Source: an uncultured bacterium (GTDB taxonomy: Bacteria; Auribacterota; Erginobacteria; Erginobacterales; Erginobacteraceae). Taken from it: 64,000 nucleotides of DNA. Under the pieces are notes generated by a model, which was not told where the DNA came from, did no database searches, and saw only the letters and a program-made list of their open reading frames with translations. Location of the stretch: NCBI GenBank assembly GCA_963822585.1, contig CAWGIE010000019.1, positions 384,001 to 448,000 of the forward strand, read 5' to 3'. The translations under genes and the position numbers were made by a program. Position 1 is the first letter of the stretch; each line of letters starts with the position of its first letter. Below, piece by piece: positions 56,128 to 64,000 of the stretch.

Positions 56128-59100
56128 TTACCTCGTCACCGGCATATCCCCGCTGGAACCGTAATAAGCGCGCGTTAAACTCTTGACAGCCCAGAGACCG
56201 GAGGAGTTTCGGAAGATGCCGATCCCGTCGGCGCCGGACCCATCGTAATCGGCGGGGACCGGCTTGTCCCCGGAGCCGCCGAAGTACGTCCGGGAGACGC
56301 TCCGTATAGCCCAGAGTCCGGAAGACGACCGGAAAATACCCGGCGCCCAGAACCCGAAACCGTCATAGTCGCCGGGCGTCGCTTCATCGCCGTCGGCCCC
56401 GAAATAGAGGCGGCTGACGCGCCGCAGCGCCCAGAGACCGGAACTCCCCCGGAAAATCCCGATCTCCCTGGTCCCGTCCCCGTCATAGTCCCCGTGAACA
56501 GGTTGATCGCCCGATACCCCGAAGTAGACCCTGGTCTCCCCCTGGATTGCCCAGAGGCCCGTGGCCGGGCGGAAGATACCGGGGACGCAGGAACCGTCGC
56601 CGGTGAAGTCGCCGGGAACGGGCACGTCATGGATAGTGCCGAAATAGTCACGGGTCATCCCCCGAACCGCCCAGAGTCCGGTGAGGGGACGGAAGATCCC
56701 GATCTCGGTGGTGCCGTTACCGCCGTAATCGCCGGGAGCCGGCACATCCCCGGCCCTTCCGAAGTATGCCCGGGTGAGACCCCGGATTGCCCAGAGGCCC
56801 GCGTCGTCCCGGAAGATCGCGACGTCGTCGGTCCCGTCGCCGTCGTAGTCGCCGGAATCGATGACCGGAGGCGCGGGCGAGGTAGGCGATGGAGCAGGGG
56901 TCGCGGTTGACGACGGTATCGACGCCGGGGTGACTGAAGGTGACGGCGACGGAGGAGGAATCACGGATGGAGTGGCTGTTGCCGTCGGAATAGGGGTAGG
57001 GGATACGGAGGGTGTCGGGGTCGCCGTCGGGCCGGTGAAATAATACTGCCAGTTGAAAGAACTGACGAAAGAGGCGGTACTCGCTCCGCCGGAGCTGGAC
57101 TGGTAGGGATTTCTGGTGGGGAAATCGGAAGAAGCGGTTTTCCCGGCCAGATAGATCCGGGAGCCGGGGTCAAGGGTGACCGAATTGGCGGCATCGTTCT
57201 CGCTCCCGCCCCAATATGTCGAATAGATCAATGAACCGTCCGCGGCGTCAAATCCGGTCAAATACGCGTCCAGACCTTCGCCGTTCCGGGTCGACTGGTA
57301 TGGATGACGGGTGGGAAAGTTATCGGATACGGTGTAACCGGTGACACAGACAACGTCTCCCGAACCGACGGCAATGCCGTACGCCACATCCTGATCGTCA
57401 CCGCCGAGATAGGTAGAAAAGACAACAGCGGAACCGGTGGAGGAAAATTTTGCGACGAAGGCGTCCACGTCGCCGCCGCCGAAGCTCGGCTGATAAGCGG
57501 CGGTGGTGGGGAAGGCTTCGGAGGCCGTGTAGCCATCGACGAAAATACACCCGTCGGAGGCGACGGCGAGCCGGTTGCAGCCGTCCCCATATTCCCCGCC
57601 CAGATAGGTGGAGAAGACGAGCGAGGAGCCGGTGGAGGAGAGCGCGCAGACGAAGGCGTCCGAACTGCCGCCGCCAAACTCATCCTGAAAAGAACCCGCG
57701 ACCGGGAAATCATAGGAATCGGTCACACCCCCGAGGCAGATGGTCCCGGACGGATTGAGGGCGATACCGAGGGCATAGTCGTCGTTGGCGCCGCCCAGGA
57801 AGGTCGAAAAGAGAAGGAAAGAGCCGGTCGATGAAAAACGGGTCACGAAGATGTCGTCGGCGGAGCCGGCTTTGCCCGCCTGGTAAGGATTCACGGTGGG
57901 AAAATTATAGGAATCCACGTCGCCCGTGACGTAAAGGCACCCGCCGCTGTCGATGGCGAGCGCGTACGCCGCGTCATTGTAGGTGCCGCCCAGATAAGTC
58001 GAGTAGATCAGTGACGAACCGGAGGAGTCAAGTTTAGCCACAAACCCGTCGTAGTTATAGGCGAGCGACGCCTGGTACGGATTCGCGGTCGGAAAATCCT
58101 CCGATTTCGTCTTCCCGCTGACATGGGCGCATCCGTTTCCGTCCACCGCGATACCGTATCCATAATCATAAGTCGATCCTCCGAGATAGGTTGAAAAGAT
58201 GAGCGACGAGCCGAGGGATGACAACTTGGCAATAAAAATGTCGTAACTGCCGGCGCGCGCCGGCTGATAGGGGTTCACGGTCGGAAAATTGTTCGCCAGG
58301 CTGTAACCGATAACATAGGCGGACCCGGAATCGTCGGCGACGATCCCCATGGCAATACCCGTGGAACTACCTCCCAGGTACGTCGAGTATTCGAGGTCCA
58401 GGGCACAGATCAGAAAATTCGGTGTGGGCGTGGGGGTGAGATAACCGTTGGGCGTCGCGGTGGGAGTGGGCGTCACGGTGGGAGTGGGCGTCGCCCCGCA
58501 AAAAACACAAACGTCATCGAGGCAAACGCCGTACCCCTGATTGCCCCGGGCCTGGAAACAGACATAATAATCGCTGCCCGGGTCGGGAAGATCCAGAACA
58601 CGTTTCGTCCATGTGCTGACGGATGTGTCGTAGGTTGTCAATTCATTCCACGAACCGCCGGACGAGGTCCGGTAGAGGACCGTCAGGGCGTCGATATCCC
58701 CTGCCCACTCCGCCTGGGCGTACCAGAACGAGATTCTCGGTGTTTCGACACAGCTTCCGAGATCGAGCGGGGGAGAAATAAGACGCGTCTCCCCGCCGTA
58801 GCGCTCGAAAAAGAAGGCGAGATAGCTTCCCCCATGGGCGGCGGGAGGATGGCCGTTGGCCCCGGAAACGCTCGGGACCCATTCCTGGAGCCCGGAGACG
58901 TATTCGCTCCTCCATCCCATGGGCGCCCCGTTCAGCCAGACCCCATCGAAATCCTCGGAAAAGGGAAGTGATTCCGGCGGGGGTGACGGCGTGGATGCCG
59001 CCGTCGGGGCCGGGGCGGGCGTGGGTACGCCTTCCCGGTAACATACTTCCAGGCTGACATCGTCAACATACCAGAAGGTATCGTCCCGGCTGTCGCCGTC

Positions 59101-61551
59101 GGCCCGGAACTGAACCCGGATCGTTGTTCCCGCATAGTCATCGGGGAGCCAGAAACTTGAATCCGTCCAGACGCTTTCGTAGTCGGCGTCAGTATTGCAG
59201 AGAGACTGCAGCGTGGTCAGGATGCCGCCGCTCCCGTCGCGGATTTCGAGGTCGAAGAAATCATGGCGGTAGGTCTCGTCGGTTTCCATCCTCACCGCGT
59301 AGCTGAGCCGCGCGGCCAGCGCCTCCTCCGGGATAGTGATTGCCTGGTAGAAATAGCCGTCTTCGGTTCCTCCGAGCCGGGCTGCGTGGTCGCCCGAATA
59401 GGCGTAATCCGTGCTCACCGCGAATGATCCGTAGGTCTCCCAGGCGCTATCGCCGCTTTCAAAATCTCCGTTGGCAAGCAGTTCAAAACAGTGTCCCGGC
59501 GTCGGCGTCGGCGGGGGAGACGCCGCCGGCGCCGGCGTCGGCGTCATCGCCACGGCGCCGGCACCCGGGAAAACGAGTGAATAGGTCTGGGGGGCTTCGG
59601 GGAGGGTGGAGGCGATGACCCGAACTGTCCAGTCCCCGGCGGCGGGATTCTCGACCAGGACCTGCTCCTGGTTGTTAAGGCTGTCGACGCCGGTCGCGGC
59701 AACGTTTTCCGGTGCCCCGGGGTCGAGAACCCAGGGATAATAGACGGTGGCGTCAGGGGCGATAAGCTCGATGTCCAGATCATTGACCAGTTTAGTGAGC
59801 GCGGCGAGGCTCCCCGGCGGGTCGTCCCAGGCGAGGCTGGCCTTGAGCTCGGCGGTTCCCTCCCCGACCGTGACCGTATAGTCATGGACCTCGCTCTGGG
59901 CGGTGAAGCAGAATTCTCCCAGCTCCCCGGCGATGATCGCGTCCACCGCCGCCTGGCCGTCAATCCGTCCATAGCCAAATTGAAAGTCGGGGCCGCTGTT
60001 TCCGAGGTCTTCAGCGGTGTGGATAAGAAGGGCCTTTGCCGACGAGGGAAGAAACTCGACGTCGGTCGAGCCGGCAAAATAAGTGTCGCGATACTGCTGG
60101 AGCATGAGGGCGATGACGCCGGCGGTGGTGGGGGACGCCATCGAGGTTCCACTCATCTCGACGTAGCTGTTGTAAGCGTTGCAGGAGGTGACTGCGACAC
60201 CGGGAGCGCAGACCACCGGTTTCAGGCGTCCGTCATCGGTCGGCCCCCAGCTGGAGAATGACGACATCGAGTCATCGACGGCGTCGGTCGCCCCGGACTG
60301 GATGGGGTTCTTGGCGCCGGCCGGGGGCGCGGTGGTACAATATGAACTCCCGCAGGGACCGCCACGCTCGTTACCGGCGGCCCAGGCGGCGATGAAGGGC
60401 TTTCCCGAATCGCCCCGGACGATCGCGTCGAGCAAAAGCGAGGTAAGGCCGTAGTTCCCCTCGTAAGAGCAGGGAAAGCCGTTCGAGGCGGTGTTGGTGC
60501 CGATGGACGCGTTGAAGAGATCGGCATGCGGCTCCCACTCCACCCGGGCGTAGTAGAGGTCGTCCTCGATGTCGCCGGGATTGGTGTAGAGGAAGACGCC
60601 GGTGTCATCGTCTTCGAAACTCATGGAGAGAAGGTTGGCGGCAGGGGCCATCCCCCGGTACCGGTAGTCGACGGTGCCGGAGCCGCAGATGGTGCCGGCG
60701 ACGTGAGTGGCGTGAGTGGAGGGATATGAACTGTCCCCCCAGACACGGCGGGAATCGAGGTCATCGTGAGGAAAGACGATACCGCCATCGTAGACCAGGA
60801 CATCGACGCCGCTCCCGTCGAGGTCGTACGGCGGATTCTGAAGCGTGTCGGCTCCCACCCGAGCCCGGTTCTCCGCGTTCACCCCCTTCAGCGGCGGCAG
60901 GGGCTGCTCGACCCATTCCACGATATCCTTATTCGCTAGATCACCGATACGGTCAACGGGGAGCTTTACCACCAGCGTGTTGATGATCTCCGCCCGGTCG
61001 ATAATCTCGCCGCCGACGGCGGTAACGACGCCCTCCTCGTCTTCTAACTCCACGTCGCCAAAAAAACGGACAAGAATGACAGCCTGCCCGCTCGCGGAAT
61101 CATACGACCAGTGGCCCAGTCTGTTCTCCCGAATTCCCGCGGAGAGCTTGTCGGCTGCTTGCAGATTTCCCAGCCAGCGTACGTTTTGGTCAGCGGAGAC
61201 TTCATTCGTCCGGGCCGCGGGGATCGAGGCCAGCCAGGCCCGGTCGGGGATATAGGTCAGGAGCCTTATTCCCCGGCGTTCCAGACGTTGACGTTCTTCC
61301 CGCGTGGGTATCTGGTTAAGTTGAATCAGGGCGTGAAGACGGCTCTGGCCGGCCTTGGCCAGCTTCCGGCTCTGTTCGGAGAATGCCTCGGCGGCAGAAC
61401 GGCTCAGACCCGGCGCGGGCGTGAAGCGGCGGGAATGGAGGCCGATTTCATAGGGAACCGCCGCCCGTGGACCGGCTGACTGCGCCGGATTGGGCGTGGT
61501 TGAGACGAGAATGAATAAAGCGACAGACCCGATCAAATTAACACGATTCAT
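56128..61551 (-). CDS. Secreted S8 subtilase with accessory beta-sandwich domains, SBBP repeats and six FG-GAP-like repeats ending PVTR
   Basis: Catalytic triad VYDGG / HATHVAGT / SGTSMASP, AAGNE oxyanion motif, LAWDDP...VNDLD domain, LLANGDFE and FSEDFD domains, seven (Y/F)ST(Y/F)(L/W)GG SBBP repeats, PT linkers. Start at ATG 61551 after GGAGG. Confidence 0.92.
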   Translation of the reverse strand: MNRVNLIGSVALFILVSTTPNPAQSAGPRAAVPYEIGLHSRRFTPAPGLSRSAAEAFSEQSRKLAKAGQSRLHALIQLNQIPTREERQRLERRGIRLLTYIPDRAWLASIPAARTNEVSADQNVRWLGNLQAADKLSAGIRENRLGHWSYDSASGQAVILVRFFGDVELEDEEGVVTAVGGEIIDRAEIINTLVVKLPVDRIGDLANKDIVEWVEQPLPPLKGVNAENRARVGADTLQNPPYDLDGSGVDVLVYDGGIVFPHDDLDSRRVWGDSSYPSTHATHVAGTICGSGTVDYRYRGMAPAANLLSMSFEDDDTGVFLYTNPGDIEDDLYYARVEWEPHADLFNASIGTNTASNGFPCSYEGNYGLTSLLLDAIVRGDSGKPFIAAWAAGNERGGPCGSSYCTTAPPAGAKNPIQSGATDAVDDSMSSFSSWGPTDDGRLKPVVCAPGVAVTSCNAYNSYVEMSGTSMASPTTAGVIALMLQQYRDTYFAGSTDVEFLPSSAKALLIHTAEDLGNSGPDFQFGYGRIDGQAAVDAIIAGELGEFCFTAQSEVHDYTVTVGEGTAELKASLAWDDPPGSLAALTKLVNDLDIELIAPDATVYYPWVLDPGAPENVAATGVDSLNNQEQVLVENPAAGDWTVRVIASTLPEAPQTYSLVFPGAGAVAMTPTPAPAASPPPTPTPGHCFELLANGDFESGDSAWETYGSFAVSTDYAYSGDHAARLGGTEDGYFYQAITIPEEALAARLSYAVRMETDETYRHDFFDLEIRDGSGGILTTLQSLCNTDADYESVWTDSSFWLPDDYAGTTIRVQFRADGDSRDDTFWYVDDVSLEVCYREGVPTPAPAPTAASTPSPPPESLPFSEDFDGVWLNGAPMGWRSEYVSGLQEWVPSVSGANGHPPAAHGGSYLAFFFERYGGETRLISPPLDLGSCVETPRISFWYAQAEWAGDIDALTVLYRTSSGGSWNELTTYDTSVSTWTKRVLDLPDPGSDYYVCFQARGNQGYGVCLDDVCVFCGATPTPTVTPTPTATPNGYLTPTPTPNFLICALDLEYSTYLGGSSTGIAMGIVADDSGSAYVIGYSLANNFPTVNPYQPARAGSYDIFIAKLSSLGSSLIFSTYLGGSTYDYGYGIAVDGNGCAHVSGKTKSEDFPTANPYQASLAYNYDGFVAKLDSSGSSLIYSTYLGGTYNDAAYALAIDSGGCLYVTGDVDSYNFPTVNPYQAGKAGSADDIFVTRFSSTGSFLLFSTFLGGANDDYALGIALNPSGTICLGGVTDSYDFPVAGSFQDEFGGGSSDAFVCALSSTGSSLVFSTYLGGEYGDGCNRLAVASDGCIFVDGYTASEAFPTTAAYQPSFGGGDVDAFVAKFSSTGSAVVFSTYLGGDDQDVAYGIAVGSGDVVCVTGYTVSDNFPTRHPYQSTRNGEGLDAYLTGFDAADGSLIYSTYWGGSENDAANSVTLDPGSRIYLAGKTASSDFPTRNPYQSSSGGASTASFVSSFNWQYYFTGPTATPTPSVSPTPIPTATATPSVIPPPSPSPSVTPASIPSSTATPAPSPTSPAPPVIDSGDYDGDGTDDVAIFRDDAGLWAIRGLTRAYFGRAGDVPAPGDYGGNGTTEIGIFRPLTGLWAVRGMTRDYFGTIHDVPVPGDFTGDGSCVPGIFRPATGLWAIQGETRVYFGVSGDQPVHGDYDGDGTREIGIFRGSSGLWALRRVSRLYFGADGDEATPGDYDGFGFWAPGIFRSSSGLWAIRSVSRTYFGGSGDKPVPADYDGSGADGIGIFRNSSGLWAVKSLTRAYYGSSGDMPVTR

Positions 61552-61717
61552 TTCGCTTCTCCTCCCTGTTTGAAGACCCCGATCCGGGGAGGGATCCATG
61601 ATATCCCCCTCTTTTCACGGAGGCGTCCGATATCTTTTCCACAAATATCCGTCAGCCGGGAAGAAATCGTGTCAGCGAAATGTCACCAGAAAGTAAAAAC
61701 TTTTCTCCTTCTTTCCC

Positions 61718-61865
61718 TCACCTTGTCACTGGGACATCGAGGGACATTCCGAAATAAACCCGGCTCACCCCCTTGATCGACCACCGGCCCGTCGAACCGC
61801 GAAAGATACCGATATCATCCATCCCATCTACGTTGCAATCGGCCGGAACCGTATAATAAGACCGG
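61718..61865 (-). pseudogene. Orphan final repeat of a PVTR-family gene
   Basis: Read manually: RSYYTVPADCNVDGMDDIGIFRGSTGRWSIKGVSRVYFGMSLDVPVTR*. The nearby SD+ATG (61875) is in another frame. Confidence 0.75.
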
Positions 61866-62122
61866 GATTTAACATTGTCTCCTCGAAATGAAACATTGTA
61901 ACGTTTTTACCCCCGATTGCTCATAGAAATTCAATATTCTCATCAACAATCGGAGATAATCAATGCAGTCACATCGATGAAATATTACACTATCGCTGTT
62001 TTGTGGGGCCGCGAAATCTCCAAACAGTAGTGTAGCATACGAAGCAGAGGGGAAAATTTCCCTTACACATTACGCTTCTCACTTTACACTACAAGTTGCG
62101 CCACAGGCGCCAACTTGTTCTA

Positions 62123-63553
62123 ATGAACTTCGCCACCATAGATTTCGGCGTTTTTTTCGCGATCGTACTGACGGTCTACTTCCTCCTTAACCACCGCTGG
62201 CAGAATCGCTTCCTCCTGGTCGCCAGCTACGTCTTCTACGGCTGGTGGGACTGGCGTTTTCTGGGCCTGTTACTTTTGTCGAGCGTGGTGGACTATATCT
62301 GCGGACTCCTGGTCGACCGGGACCGGCATCCTGATTATTCCGCCCGTAAACGCAGGCTGGCTCTCGCCGCCAGCATCGTCACCAACCTGACGATCCTGGG
62401 TTTCTTCAAATATTTCGATTTCTTCGCCCAATCGCTGGTTGCCCTGGCCGCCGAGGTGGGAATCGACCTGCATCTACCCCTATTGCGGATCATCCTTCCA
62501 GTGGGTATCTCCTTCTACACCTTCCAGACCATGAGCTACACCATCGACGTCTACCGGGGACGCCTGCGGGCCACCACCAGCCTCCCCGATCTGATGCTTT
62601 ACGTGAGCCTCTTCACCCAGCTCGTCGCCGGGCCGATCGAACGAGGCGCCCATCTTCTGCCCCAGATCCTCAAACCGCGACACCCCACACTGGACGGTTT
62701 CTACAGCGGGGCGCAGCTCGCCTGCGTGGGCCTGTTCAAGAAACTGGTGATCGCCGACAACATGGCCGTCCTGGTCAACAGCGTTTACGGGCCGGGAGAG
62801 CCCTGCGGAGCGGCCGTGCTCCTGGGGACGTACGCCTTCGCCCTCCAGATCTACTGCGACTTCTCCGCCTATACGGACATCGCCCGGGGCACCGCCCGCA
62901 TGCTCGGTTTCGACATCTGCGTGAATTTCCGCCTCCCCTACCTGGCCACCAACCCGAGCGATTTCTGGCAGCGCTGGCACATCAGCCTCTCGTCCTGGCT
63001 GCGCGACTATCTTTACATCCCGCTGGGGGGCAGCCGGCAGGGACGGCTGAAGACCCTGCGCAACCTGGCGATCACCATGCTGCTGGGCGGCCTCTGGCAC
63101 GGCGCAGCCTGGCACTTCGTCGCCTGGGGCGCTTTCCACGGGATACTCCTGATCGTCTATCGACTGGGGGAGACCCCGCGGCAGGCCCGGGAGCGGACAT
63201 TCGAAGTCCGAACAGGCGTTCGTTTCTGGCTGGCGGTCCTGGTCTTCTTCCACCTGGTCTGTTTCGGATGGGTTCTCTTCCGGGCCGTCGACATGACGCA
63301 CGCGGTCCGGCTGCTGGCGGCAATCGGCGCGGGGACGTTCTGGGAACCGGTCTGCGGCCCCATGCTGCTGATGGTTGCGGCGGCCGGGATTCCCCTGGCC
63401 GGGTTCCAGATTTATCAGTATTACCGCCGGTCACCCGAGCCGTGGACAGGATGGCCGTGGCTGGTCCGGACCGGTTTTTACGCGGCACTCTTCTACGGCA
63501 TCGTTCTCTTCGGAGCACCGGGAAACAATGACTTTATTTATTTTCAATTTTAA
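62123..63553 (+). CDS. MBOAT O-acyltransferase (AlgI/PatA-like)
   Basis: ASYVFYGWWD, LGFFKY, LPVGISFYTFQ..SY.ID, QLVAGPIER, QIYCDFS, FWQRWHISLSSWLRDYLYIPLGG, GLWHGA, FIYFQF. Confidence 0.96.
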   Translation: MNFATIDFGVFFAIVLTVYFLLNHRWQNRFLLVASYVFYGWWDWRFLGLLLLSSVVDYICGLLVDRDRHPDYSARKRRLALAASIVTNLTILGFFKYFDFFAQSLVALAAEVGIDLHLPLLRIILPVGISFYTFQTMSYTIDVYRGRLRATTSLPDLMLYVSLFTQLVAGPIERGAHLLPQILKPRHPTLDGFYSGAQLACVGLFKKLVIADNMAVLVNSVYGPGEPCGAAVLLGTYAFALQIYCDFSAYTDIARGTARMLGFDICVNFRLPYLATNPSDFWQRWHISLSSWLRDYLYIPLGGSRQGRLKTLRNLAITMLLGGLWHGAAWHFVAWGAFHGILLIVYRLGETPRQARERTFEVRTGVRFWLAVLVFFHLVCFGWVLFRAVDMTHAVRLLAAIGAGTFWEPVCGPMLLMVAAAGIPLAGFQIYQYYRRSPEPWTGWPWLVRTGFYAALFYGIVLFGAPGNNDFIYFQF

Positions 63554-64000
63554 AGCTGTCTTTAAGAACCTCGGCCGGCGGCGCTGGCCCGGCGCCATGT
63601 TGGCGGCAGCCGGAATAATCCTGGTCGTTGAACTGGTCGTGGGCTTCCTCCCGCATCCCGCTCACAAGGACCTGGTGCGCCACCGGCTCTACCATCCCAA
63701 TGTGACGCCCGACATCGCCGAGAGCATCGTCCAATGGCAGGTGGCGCACGCGACCCTGGTGGGGGAACAGCAGGATCTTATCTTATTGGGCGACAGTGCC
63801 TGCCTGGTCGGCCTGGAGTCTAACCTGATCATGGAGAAGACCGGGCTTACCACCTGGAACCTGGGGACTTTTGGGTTCATCTACACCACCGGACAGGCGG
63901 ATATCCTGGGACTCTTCATCAAGCGCAACGGCCCCCCCCGGTTCCTGATCTACCACACCTCCCACTATTCCTTCACGGCCGGCAGCGACAAGAAGGCCGT
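63528..64000 (+). CDS. Membrane-anchored SGNH-like acyl-transfer partner (partial, runs off window end)
   Basis: Read manually: ATG 63528 overlaps the MBOAT 3' end. MTLFIFNFK...TM helix...DLILLGDSACLVG...WNLG; open to the window end. Confidence 0.72.
   Translation, partial: MTLFIFNFKAVFKNLGRRRWPGAMLAAAGIILVVELVVGFLPHPAHKDLVRHRLYHPNVTPDIAESIVQWQVAHATLVGEQQDLILLGDSACLVGLESNLIMEKTGLTTWNLGTFGFIYTTGQADILGLFIKRNGPPRFLIYHTSHYSFTAGSDKKA

Overview
GC-rich bacterial chromosomal window with no rRNA, tRNA, CRISPR array or intact transposase. The gene style tentatively suggests an uncultured PVC-related anaerobe, but this was not tested. Four themes stand out. (1) A family of secreted proteins shares a 40-aa GDY[DN]GDG...FR...GLW.VRG..R.YFG...D.PVP repeat. 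Four large proteins end in exactly six repeats and an invariant C-terminal PVTR. One small tail-fibre-like protein carries two N-terminal repeats, and three decayed remnants remain. This looks like a lineage-specific surface anchoring or assembly module. (2) A RiPP-like pair: a 58-aa Cys-rich lipoprotein precursor missed by the ORF track (54116-54292, SbtA/'selenobiotic'-like leader but no UGA) upstream of an SbtM-type radical SAM/SPASM maturase, with no DUF692 enzyme nearby. (3) Stress and solute loci: a polyamine cluster (pyruvoyl arginine decarboxylase, agmatinase, deoxyhypusine-synthase-like enzyme), otsA-otsB-GH100-like-treS, Fur/PerR-DPSL-small ferritin, rubrerythrin, a xanthine-dehydrogenase-family trio, proA, ribF, corA and mscS. 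(4) Transport and envelope genes: an RND efflux operon with a TetR regulator, an orphan TolC/MacA pair, an atypical NCS2 permease with a stand-alone Cache protein, a CPA2 antiporter-EIIA fusion, a GT-C glycosyltransferase, a serpin and an MBOAT/SGNH pair. Two genes are frameshifted in homopolymer runs, and two (otsA, agmatinase) appear to need ATC/ATT starts. Intergenic DNA holds several REP-like elements and long, almost loop-less palindromes.
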